From Raillietiella orientalis (taxonomy: Eukaryota): a DNA stretch of 64,000 nucleotides. The stretch spans positions 248,001-312,000 of the forward strand of contig JAYWIR010000071.1 of the NCBI GenBank assembly GCA_036172245.1, read 5' to 3'. The first letter of the stretch is position 1; each line of letters opens with the position of its first letter. Under the pieces are notes generated by a model. That model was not told where the DNA came from, did not search any database, and saw nothing but the letters and a program-made list of their open reading frames with translations. The position numbers were made by a program, and so were the translations under genes. Positions 12,941 through 24,974 of the stretch are shown piece by piece.

Positions 12941-15843
12941 CGGGTGCCGGATGACACGTTCCCCGACACCGATGCGTCCGGTGCAGGAGGAACTTGGCGG
13001 AAGCGCGCATTCGCTCTCGGCAGCGGGGAGGATCGCCACGTGACCTGGTCACACAGGAATACACCGCTTCGCGTTGTTGCGCCTCCCACCCTTATCGTGT
13101 TCGCACACGTCCGCGAGGCGTGCGTCCCCGCGGGAGCATCCCGAATCGATTGCCTTGCCGCTAGACATAGAGAAAACGTCCATCCCCAACAGACTTACGC
13201 CTACTCCGTCGAAGGGAAGGCAGGGCATTCCGTGGGACCTATCATGCCCGCCCGGAGACCTCGACCAGATTCCCGTGCGAAAGGACTCCCGCGTTGCCCA
13301 TGCAGCCCTCCGCTCCTCATTCCTCGTAGTCGACTCGGGAAGCTGCGAGCGCCACAGAGAGGTCCCCCTCCGTGGAGCAACGTCTGCGTCTGTTGTACCG
13401 GATCCAATCGAGCCAAGTACAGTACATGCACAACACCGTGGGAGCGCCACGCGCCTGCGCGCGCGCTCCGTGCGAGCATCCAGTTATGATCAATGAAGCA
13501 TTTTCACTGCGAAAGTGTTGACGTGAAACAAAAAACGCCAGCAGTACATCATCCCTCTTTGTAAACATCGTTGGTGATCTGTTTCCATGTTCTTCGGAAG
13601 AGAAGCCACTCATGCGTTGGGATGACGGAGCAGCAGCCGAAAGCCGTGAAATGGGGATTCGAGGAGGCTGCTCATGCTCGCGTTTCACGGTTAATGAAAG
13701 CAATGGGGACCCTGTGCGCTGGCTCTGATTGGATTTGTTGGTCCCTTTCGCTGCCGTTCGCAGTTTTTGAAGCACACATACATCTCCGCATGTGCATCCT
13801 TTTGCGTGCTTTCAAGGTTCGGGAGCGTCTGCGTTCCATGCTTGCTGTTTGTGTGTCCGTCATCACAGAAGACGAGAAGAGCAGGGGTGACGGCGCTCGA
13901 AAATCATTTTCTTCTTTCTTTTTCTTTGTTCCCTCTCGAAGAACTTCCAAAGAAGGTGAGCACGTAGACCAGTCCAGGTGTCCCACCTTATCACTCTCAT
14001 CTGCTGTGTCCCATCTCCATCTGCTTATGCTCTGACTTGAGCTTCGGTATCGAAACTTCTGGCATGCTACCCATCTGCTACTCCCTCGTTGTCGCCTCCG
14101 CCGCCGTCGTTTCTTTTCTGTTAGCACTGTCGAGTTGCTTGCAACTTCGACGGCCCATTGGACAGCTACTTCGCATTTGGGCACACAAATGTGCGAGACG
14201 AGAGTCCTCCTCCTGTCCACTCTCCAAGACGGATCTGTCCTCAAGACCGATGGCGAAAGGAACGACTAGGGGCCGCCTTTTCCTTCGCGGGAAGCGGTGT
14301 CTTCAGCCAAAACCTGCGGCATCAATTGACATCGGCAAATCTTTTCTCCTGAAGGAAAGGAAAAGTGGAAAATCAGGGGCTTACAAGCTCCTGGAAAAGC
14401 TACGTTCCGGACACGCTGCAGCGACCCAAGAATCAGAAACCCACAGAGGACGGACAGGGCGAGAGAATCTGGTCGCTCAGGAGTGAACATCTGCAGCGGA
14501 ACACCAACGGAGTGACCAGTTTCGAACGTGAAGTCCGGTGCGCCCTGGAGCTACAAGTCGCGGGCCAGCCATCTGCGTTCGAGACTCCACTAATTTGCGT
14601 CTCTACCGCGTGTTCGGGAGCAAAGGTGCAGAAGCAGGAGAAACAGAGGGAACCAAGTCGTTGATGGAAAGAGCGTCGTCATGCAGGCATCCGAGTCGAA
14701 GCGTTCCGGACTTGCGTGCTCCCGAAAAGCGAGTTCGCTCCCCGTTCGCGGTTGAATTCCTTTCGTTTTTGCCTCGTTTCCAGCTTGCCGTTCGCGGCCA
14801 AAGCTCTCAGCGGCACGGCGGCGGTAGCGGCATCTGATGCCGGGACAAAAATAATCCCTGAACGAAGATGTTGGCAACGGCGTTGGTTTTCCACCGAGTA
14901 GTCGCATCGAGCGGCAGCGCTCGCAGCGGTGTTTCACCTCCGCCTCCGAGTGTGCGGTAACATAATCAATTTCATGTGTTCGCCAGTAAGTTTCGTTGCG
15001 TGATGAAAACAACAGAACGAAATACAATAGGAAGATGATAGGAAAGGGACCAACCGTTCATGGGTAGCTGCGGATCTTGTTGTTGTCGGGAATCGACGCT
15101 TTAACTTCGGGACGCGGCTGTGCAAGAAGTCACGAGCGGTTCTGCCCTGCTCCGTTGGATGCTGCCGAGCGTCACCACTTTGGATCATTTGGACCGAGCA
15201 TCATCAAAAGTCGATATGACCCCGGAGGTTGCATGCCGAAAAGGAAGGCGTAAGCAGGGACGGACGAGCACCACGGAGAGCACCATCTGCAGTACCGAGA
15301 CCCGGGACTCCCGCATCTGACAGTCACTCCCGAAGCTATAGTCGGAGATCCTTGGGAGGCTCCTCTCAGTCAAGAACGGCCCGCTCTTTCTCGTGCATGC
15401 TTGCTTCGCAACCGTTCCGGAGAGCGCTGGGTCTCACCCTCTGGATAGGCCACTCCTCCAACTCGTCACCCTTCTTATCTGAGGCGGAGAGACGAAGGGC
15501 TGACGAAGCTGCAACAGGTCACGCGCTTAGGTAGGATATTACGAGGATGCAGGCCTGATTTCTTGCATCTGCAACTTCGACAAGGAGCGCACTTTCGGAG
15601 GGTGTGAACGGAAGGGAGGGGGGAAGGGGAGGGGCACCTCCCTGATTGCCGTGCTTGCATTCATGGGCAATCTCTAGGCCTGCAAAGTTACGCAGGAACT
15701 GTCAAGAATGGTTCTCACTTGGCTGCTAACTGATCGATCCAGGGCTATATTTAGACCCTCGTCAACAATGCGAGTGCACGCTGCAACTCGTGGTCCGCGA
15801 GGACCCCAAGCTAGCAGATCGTGGACAAATTAACAGTATTGAC

Positions 15844-15895
15844 AAGAGCCAGCTTTGCTGCTCGCTGCTCTTCCATGAAGACGTGCAGGAAACAG
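15844..15895. repeat. Perfect 52-bp direct repeat, copy 1
   Basis: AAGAGCCAGCTTTGCTGCTCGCTGCTCTTCCATGAAGACGTGCAGGAAACAG is identical at 16855-16906. Confidence 0.95.
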
Positions 15896-16854
15896 TAGCG
15901 ATCATTATCATTAATTATTAATGGCAGGGCATGTCAAGCTGAAGGTTCGTGCTCTTTGTGTGCTGACATCATCCACACGGGAAGGAGACTTCTTCCCTGG
16001 CAGGACATCCCGAGATACAGCCTCCGATCTCAGGAGAACTTGTGTGCGCGCAGGGAGGGGAAGGGGGGCAGGGGTTCTCAGGCAACTCCAAAAGCAGGCG
16101 GAAGGAGCCCTTTAAAAGAAGCCAGCGTCTTTGGAGACCGGTCCTCGGTCCTGAGAAGCTGGCCGTTCTCTCTCGAATCGCAGCAGCACCCAGGCGACAG
16201 AGCTCGAGGCCGCGAATGTCTGAGGATTGGGGAAGGAGGGGAAAGGGAGGGGGGAAACTACTTCGATTCTTCCCGCAAAAACAATCCGCGCCCTTTAGCT
16301 ACGGGGAACGCCCCTCGCGGGACCGCAAGCGAACGCCCATGGTGGGTGGAGCTGCTTCTGCAGCGAAGCCACTGCGCCTCCTTTCGGGAAAGTCCCCAAC
16401 TCGGCCAGAGCGCGTGGCGACGCGCGCAATTCCTTCCGTCCGACAACCATGTCCTCAGAGCGGATCGAAGGAGGAAAGATTGGACGCCTTGGCAGGCTTT
16501 CGCCTCACGTCCGACCTTCACACTTTTCCCTCTCCTGCCCTGCTCCTTCCCTCCTCCTTTTCTTCCCGCATCATTCCCTCCCCTACTGGGGTGTGCATCA
16601 CCGGCTCGTTGTGAGGGTGATCTCGGCGACCCATGCCAAAGATCGACGGAGCTCAACCACGCTGATCTCGGGAGGGAAAGAAAGCGGCTTTCGTTCTCAA
16701 CAGGAGCAACGAGAACCGTCCACTCCTCGTCCCTGCCAGTAGGTACGACTGCAAGCGGTAGGGCGTGAGAGATGGATGATTCCACCGCTCATTGCACATG
16801 GAATTGCTTAGAGACGGGAGAGCGCTGCCGGTGGCTCGGCCCAGCGTCCTTGGA

Positions 16855-16906
16855 AAGAGCCAGCTTTGCTGCTCGCTGCTCTTCCATGAAGACGTGCAGG
16901 AAACAG
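16855..16906. repeat. Perfect 52-bp direct repeat, copy 2
   Basis: Identical to 15844-15895. Confidence 0.95.
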
Positions 16907-19900
16907 AAAAGAAACCAAAAGGGATGACAGAAAAGAGAACAGCATGAACAGCTTTTCTTCAGTCGAGCTCCAGAGGTTAGCGGTTAGAAAGCGATGGTGA
17001 CCAGCATGTCGACCGTCGACGGCTTCCAGCCGATCGGCGACGGACCTCGAGGGTGATAGCAGCAGTGTCCAGGATGTCGATGCTGGCGGCAGATGAATGG
17101 TGGCGGGGAGGAGCATGATGGCGACGTCGATGACGATGCTGGCTCCAGCGACACCACCAAAGACTACAATAGCATGGATACTGGTGATGCCGGCGACTCA
17201 GGCGGAGGACGACGATGGGAATGACAAAAGTTGACCGCCTGACCGCGAGCAACGTCTTTCCTAAGGAATGTGGACTCTGGGAAGCCCTTCCTCAAAAAGC
17301 TATCCCTCTGGTTCTGCGTCCTCCTTAGCGCTTCTTCCCTCGAGCTAGCCTGGCTCGAAGACTCCCTTTGCTTCCACCAGTCTCCTCTCCTACCCTTCGA
17401 GTCTAGGTTCCTCCTTTTTCTTCCTCAACATTATGTGAACTCGAAATGGGACCCACGTCCTTCACAGACTGACGGACTCCACGGCACCGCGTTTCCACGG
17501 CAATGACTCTGGGGAGCGCGACGACACCGCACCCGTGCGAAGGCGAGCGGATACGAAGCGGCACTCTGGACGCAGGGAAAGAAAAGAGGAACCCGTTGAA
17601 ACCTCCTCCCCTGTACCCCTCCCTTCCGATCAACAGAACGACAGTACGAGCACCCCCGTTCCTCGTGAGACGTTTCGCTGGAGAGCAGGAGCAAAAAAAG
17701 CACAAAGTTACGGTCAGATGGGGCCAGATGCAGAGAGGGACTTTGGTTTGCTGCCCAGGTGCGTTGGGAAGAGGGATTTTGGTGGTGCCATCTCCGATGC
17801 CAGCGCCCTTGTAAACGCGAGCAGGAGAGCAGCAAGCGACTTTGAAGGAAAAAGCTGAAGGGGAAAATGTTTCTCGAAAGTTCGCAAAGCGAAGGAGAAA
17901 ACAAAAAGAAGAAAAAATGCGAGAGCATCGGAACCTTCCGGAAGGATCCCTGGTATTTTTAGGGAGTTTTGTGAGTGCCACCGCTCACGACAGTTCGATC
18001 CTCCTACGCAAATTGCGTCCACTCGATCTGTTCTACGTGTATGCATCGATCAGCTCCTCCTCCGCGCTAATCCTTTGGCTGGGCCTCCCCGGTGAACGCT
18101 TGTTAAGGGGCAAAAAATGGAGCGAAACAACACCCATCCTGTTATCTCGGAGGAAGCGGGCGGCCGAGCCAAACCGCCGGACTGCAAGGACGCGGGCCCA
18201 CGCGCGTGCGACGCGGGCGTGGAATGGTACCCGGCGAGCGGGACCAAGTGGGATGCGGTGGCAGCTGGTTGGTCTTTTGAGACCGTGGGGGGCAACACCT
18301 TCGAGAGCGGTGCGGTTTCAGGGTGGAGGCTGGAGGGGGCACTGGGCAGCAACAGGAGCCCTCTATAGAATCCGGTGCATTCCTTCAGCACGCAAAACCC
18401 TTCGAAAACGTCTGCTTTCATCTCCGTGGCGCTGGTGAGGTGGAAACGCAGAATCCGTCGAACGCGCAGCAAGAAGAGCGCGTTCCGCCGCTTCTTTTCC
18501 GTGCCACGTGGAAAGCAGCTCCGTCCCATCCGAATCGAAAGGATCGAAGTTTTTTGCAAATCATTTGTTTTCCCCTCCCTCCTCTCCCCTCTCGAAATTA
18601 GAAAGTTTATCCGTACAGCATTTTAGTGTAAAAATAATATACACTCCCTCTGACCCATTTGTCCGGACGCAAGTTCACAAATAGACTGCTATAATCGCGC
18701 TCGCTGGTTGCCTCGAAACCATTGTTAGGGTTTTCCCTGAAGCGCGGCATGACTGGTAACATGCAGTGTTACCAACACACGCCCGAGGAAAGTAACGGAA
18801 AGCGATCCCTTCGTGTATTTTATTTCTGTTGTTGTTTGTGTGTGTAAAAACACATGTCTGCAGAAGGGAAAATGGCGAAGGAAGATGACGAAAAACCGGA
18901 TGAATCACAGGGTTCCGAGATTCTGAGAGATCGTGCCGCGTGCAATGAAAACTACGCTACGCCAGAAATGCTGTCGGAGAATTCGCTCTTCGCGCGGCGA
19001 TGCGTGAAGTCACCTGAAAGGAAGATTCTTCGGAACGCCCAAAATTCTCAGGAGTCAACAAATCGGAGCTTCTGTAGGCTCTTCCCTGTTCTGCTGCGCC
19101 TTTTCGGCACACGATTCCCGATTGGACCTCACCCCAGCGGGCTTCCGTTTTTGCTAGTTTTTCTTGTAATCCACGTGGGTGCTTGGCGGTCAGGTTCGCA
19201 TCTCCCGCCTCGCCTCACCTGGGAGATCCCAGATCGACGGTGTACCGGTACGCGCTGCCGGAAGCTGGATGGCACGAAACCAGGACATCGTTCACCACGG
19301 GCCGGAAAAACTTCCTCCTCCTTCTTCTGAAGAGGGATCGGACAGACCGAGGTGACTTCTCTAGGAGTCGCTGCTGAAATTCCTAGAGGGCGGAAGGTGG
19401 AATTTTTCCCAGGATTTGCGAATGTCTGGAATACAAAGGTGCGAAAGCAAGGGGAAAGCTAGGGAGGGAAGGGGTGAAGGAAGCACAGCGGGAAATTTTG
19501 CCGCAGACGAGTGCTTTCTGGTCCAGAGCAGAGGGATGCAGGGAGCAAACTTATGGACTAGACCTTGGGCGTTGTCTCCTGTCCCCCTCTCTCTCTTCCC
19601 AGCCGTGGACACGCGGTGGAGCACCGCGTTCCTGGCACGGTCTCTATGAAGCAGGAGAGGTGGCGGATGCCCTCGCCCGACTCTTCCAAGAGAGCGCGCT
19701 TTCCCGAGGTGCCCCTGGAACGGCATGACCTGGTGGTTCGGAATCGTTCATGAGGGTCTCTCTCGCTACTTTCGCATGGAGTCGGCACCTCTGCAGATTT
19801 CCGGGCTCGGCGGGAAAGTAGAGGCTTCGCCGTCCCCCTCCCTCCTTCATGGCGAGGGCTCGAGGGACGCCACTCCCAGCCTCCACTTCCCTCCTCTTCC

Positions 19901-20149
19901 CAGCCCGCCGCTCGTTCGCTCCCGAACTCGTCCTCGACGCGAGACCCCACGGACGGTGGCTCCGGGACGCTCGTGCACGCGGCGGCGGCGGGCATCCCAA
20001 CGCGAAAAGTGGCGCGCGCCGCCGCCGCCGCCTTGAAATCGAGGACCTGCTGTTTCCTCGGCGGCTCCGGCCTCCCCTGGGTTCGGACCGGGAGAGGACG
20101 CGCAGGAGGCAGCTGACGCGGCGGCGTCCCGTCGGTAACTTCCCAGCGT

Positions 20150-20760
20150 GACTTTCGCCCGTTTGCCCGAGGACCGAGGCAAGGCAGACGCTTCTTGCCC
20201 CTGACCACCACGTCCACCGCTCCTGTGCGGCTCCCCGGCTCTCCAGAACAGACAAGACGGGGAGGTGTGCTCGGGGGAGTCCGGGTACGCGGAGGAGCGG
20301 CCGGACGACCCCCGGACGTCGAGTCTCCCGTTCTCCCAGGGTGCCTCTTTCCCGGTACAAGGGGTCATCGAGAAGGCTCTTCGCCGCACCCCTCTGTCTT
20401 TGCAGAAAGACGGGGAGATCCGGACAAGCGTTCGGACACTCCGGGAATGCGAGAGTGGAACCGTTGCCTCTCTCGACGTGCTCTCCGCGGAAATCGCCTC
20501 CTGCCCTCGAGGGGCGCGAGATCGGCTCGGCTCCCGGGACGGCCTAATTTTCCCGAAGGACTCCTGGACGCGAAGCATCCCACCCTCAGATGCGCAGAGT
20601 CCGTGTCCTGGCATCCGTTTCCGAATTCGAGGCAGGGGGACGCCGCATACGCCAGAACGCGGTCCTGTAAGTCTTCCTGCCGGCGGTCGCGACTCTGGAG
20701 AGTTGCGGTGCTCCGGGACTGCTGGAATACCCTGGTCCGCGAGGCGCCCGAGAGAGATCC
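20150..20760 (-). mobile_element. Possible degenerate Tx1/L1-like ORF2 C-terminal remnant
   Basis: EDLQDRVLAYAA resembles the Tx1-type DLQWRILHGA. It is followed by C..DTDSAHLRVGC (H-x4-C) and a downstream WTWW..VCL. Frameshifted. Confidence 0.35.
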
Positions 20761-23700
20761 CTTCGCCTTTCTGGAGCGGGCGGGTTTCTTAAAGTCCCAG
20801 TTCGCGCGCATGCCCCGCGGGAAGTTCCAGGAGGAAGGCAGGATGCGACCCGGGGCGAATCACGGCTCCCTGCCGCCCCCGGGAAGCTTCGCGCGAGGCG
20901 GGGGTGGGAGGAGCCGGCGCGTTGGGGTTGCCGAGAAGGTGGGAGCTCCCGCAGGACCGCGAGGCTGGTGCAATGCCTCCGGAGCGACGGGAGGGAGAGC
21001 AGTGTGCCCGGAAGCCGCCGAGTCGGCGAGGACGACCCGGCGGCGCTCTGGCGCGGGGATGACCGGAAGGCAGGCCTCCGCGAGACGAAGGATGGCGACA
21101 GAGGGAGGAGGAAGGGAGGGGGGAGAGGGGGAATATCGAGCGGAGAGCACGCGACCTCATGTTTTATTCAGCGCCCTCAAGAGACGATCCTTCCCGCCCT
21201 ATTCCCATGCTCTTCGTCCAGGGAGTTAATTTGTCGGACGCAGGTAATCCAATTGTCAGAGCTGCCGCCGCCGCGCACTTTGACCCGTCTGAGAGGCGAG
21301 GGGAACGGTCACGGAGGCTACTTCCCTTGCCGGGGAGGCTCGCCGTCATTACCACCATTCCGCAAAGAGAAGAAGGTGGACCCGCCGGCAGTCCGGGAAA
21401 AGCAGTAGGCCCGTGTCGTTATGCCTTTTCTTTCCTTCTCTCTTTCTCTTTTCTTTTGCTTTTTTTTTTTTTTGTTCTGTGGAAATGGAAAGTCCTGGCC
21501 GGACGGGGAGGCGCTTCCGCGATCGCCGCCAGGAGCGCTGCAGACGGGCAAAACATTACAGTCCCCCCCCCCTTTTCTTTGTTCATAGCGAGGCAGGTCA
21601 CGCGGTTGGACCTGGTCGACGCTGAGTTTACAGAAGGAACGGAGAGGAACTCCCTGACCGCCCGTGCCCGTGAGGGTCCACAGGGAATTTGCGACTCTTC
21701 CCGAAGGAGGAAGCTAGGCCGGAACGCGAAAGTGAGGCATTGAAAACGCCGAAACCCGGGAGGTCCCCGGATCGCGCGGTATTCCTGGAGAGTCTCGCAA
21801 GCGCGGGATCGGATGTCGTCGTCGCTCGTAGGACGGCTGCCTCCAGAAACGGGAAGGAGGGGGAAGCGGGAGCTCGCGGGCACAGGAAGATGCGACCGTT
21901 CTGGCACGCCGCCCCCTCCACTTACGGCTGTCATTCCCCAGCCACTCACTTATCCCCAATTGGGTGGCGAAACGGAGGCTGCCGACGCCGCCCCTCGATT
22001 TCCAGTGGGGACGGGCAAGCAAGCGGGAGACGCGTGCTGGAGGAGGAAGGTGGGTTGCGGGAGCGCGTGGACCTTGGCGGTATCCGCTACTGCTACGCTT
22101 CGTGTAGCGAGCACCAACCATGGCGCCTCGAAGCTCGCGCGGCACCCGGGAGAAGACGCAAAAAGCCTGGAGGCTTGACGTCCAGGTGGGTTTCGGGAGG
22201 TTGAGAGCAAATTCTTCTCTTTTTCCGGGAGTCGCGAAGTAAAAGTTTGCGCAGTTACGGATCTGGAAACTTTTCCTGTTGCATCCCTCCGTGACTACTT
22301 TTAGAGTTCCAAGCTTTGGGCACTCCGGCAACGCTTCTTCGGGAGCCTGGGTTTTGCGAGTTCATCGTTTCGGGAAAAATCGGTGGCCGTCCTCCGCTCC
22401 TCCGATTGCACCAATAAATCCGAAAGTACCTGCGTGTCCACGGAAGCGCAACGAGACAGGTGATTTCCTCCCGAAACGTCAGCTCTCCTAGAGATGGATT
22501 TACTACAGGTTTCTTCTTCCTTACATTTGACTCAACGTAATAAAGCAGCTTAAATTACATTCCGATTGTCATCCAGTGCCGGTAGCACAATAACTTGTTT
22601 GCTATAATTACCTCACTTCTCCCATTGCTTATTAGAAATTCAGATGCAAGAGTCATTCAGATTATGAAGGTTCATATTTTTAGGAAACCATGTGGATCAC
22701 CAATCTGGAAGGTACTTCAGTTTCACTCAGTTATTTATAGAGTTCATCAACGAGATCAATGATTGCTATAAACTTTATTTATGCGAAGTCCTGCAAATGA
22801 TGTCATTAGTATCTGTAAATTCAATTTGTTTCTGCAAATTTGCACAGTCATTTGTTACATCGATCTACTCAACAGTACCATTTGATTTTCAAGTGTGGCT
22901 TTTCAGAGACAGCACAATTTTTGCTTGATCAGGGATACCATTCTACAGGAAACACTTAAATCCTTCAGCATTCATCTTTTCAAGTCTGACCAATGCGCCA
23001 TCGTTTGTTAGGTAGCGGTGAGACGAAGGTATCTTACTTTGGTTGTCTTGAATGAATTTATTGTTCTTAATTAGAAAACTTACCCAATCAGACAATAAAT
23101 AAGCGACAATCATGCTCATATGCGTGCCTTCGTTCATTCTGCCATAAAGCAGGGGTTTCGTTTCTCATTCGTGATAATAAATTCCTCACCACTTCCTAAC
23201 AATCCTTGCGAGAGAATCCATACCACTTTTTTATTTTTAAAGAATTCATACATTCTTTTATTATCCTGCAACGGAGTAGGGCTGCGAAAGTTCCTTATCT
23301 CCGAAATATCTCATAGTATGAACCGAAATTTTTTTTCATTCTTCTAAGTAGCGAAGAGATTTCGATTATGTTTTGGATGAATCGAGCTTTCCGAAATGAA
23401 ATTTTGCAATCAGTTTTCACTTATTTTGCCAAATCGATTTGCATATTGCATGATACCCTCATTATTTAAAGTGAGCTGCCTGAAATGTTCTTCTAAGTTT
23501 CAAAAACTTACATCCGCTGATAGCTTCGTTTATAATATGAGTAGAAAGATTTCAATCCAGTTGCAAGCGTTTGTTTCTCTTGCTTCAGCATACTAAGTGT
23601 TTTCTATCTCCGAAAGGAGCTATTGGTATTTGAAAGTTACCAGAGATGCACGTAGCACAAAGCACGCAATTACGTCGTATGTTGAGAAATTCTTTGGTAC

Positions 23701-24974
23701 AGGAAAATCCACATAAAAAGGATGCTTAATAGTCTAAAGAGTCCACGATCGGAAAATTTCATCAGTCGAAATCATGTGAAGGCTGAAGTAAACGGATCTT
23801 CGAAGAAATCGAAAGAAAATTAATCAAAGAGTCGCATGTATAAAAATTTATGAAAAGTTTTGTGTATATAATAATATATAAAAAGGAGAATACAAATAAG
23901 CAAAGGAAGCACTTCCTATCACTTTCTCTTCATGTTTTTCCTATTTTTCCAAGTTCTTCTATTACGGGCAGTGACCCATTCAGTGTTTCTAGTAGATATC
24001 CCAGAAGCATTGTGTGTTCGAGCACACCATTCTTTTTATGATGTACTCCGCCTGCTTGGGAATTTTCAATTCATTTTACACTTCATCTTTCCTTGAATCC
24101 CAAGATCTCATTGATTTGACAACAAATGCTCTTATGATAGCGGGCACTGCTTTCGAGAAGTGAAGGGCGACTCCTCGATGTCTGTCCCTTTTCCTTGCCT
24201 CTTCCAATACAAAAGCATTGATGATGTTTTACTTCCTCCTGGAGACTAAATCTGGCTTTGTCGTTGATTTCACTGCCGGAAAGCTCTGGTTGTCAACTAC
24301 TAATTTCACTGTTCCAGAGTAACCTTTATCTGGGCCTCTAGCTGGCAATTCCACCATGAAACAACATGGTTTGAAATTGCGTTTTCGAGTTCTGAATGTG
24401 AATACTATTTCATGGCAAGTTGTCAAAATCGAACTTTGAACACCACCTAGAATGTCAAACATGAACCTCAGTGTATATTTTTCTCACACTATTTTTCATT
24501 TTCTCTAAAAATCAAAAAGCTCAACTACATCACTTATGCAGTAAGTTGAGTTCTATCATTATTAATTGCAACAGACTTCCAAAGCGGTAGAAAATCAAAG
24601 GAGATCGGCTAGTAGAAAATCGGCTACAGATTGCATTCTGAAACTTGGTATTCATATTAAGAAATAGTCCGATACTTACAAAATTCAGGGTGTTCTAAAA
24701 ATAATTTTTCACTTACAAATTCACATTCAATAATGAATCGAGTGCTTAGCATTTAGTTTTGTTTTGAGTATTTTTGCCTCTTTCCTTTTGAAACTGCCCT
24801 TAAACTCTGCTGTAAGGAAGGGTTTCCAAATTTAACAAAACAATTATGTAACGAGTACAAGACGGAGAAATCTGGCATCTCTTACTACATGTGAAACCTG
24901 CAAAATAGCATCTGGAACGTTAAGTGCATAGTAATTTCCCATCCATTTCACTGTAAAGCCATCGTTTATTCAAT

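Noticed and set aside
22500..23600. Alternative genetic code or a spliced gene explaining the interrupted frame
   Set aside because: All three stop codons and frameshifts occur. Candidate GTAAGT introns would be only 32-37 nt, and the one I tested did not restore the frame.
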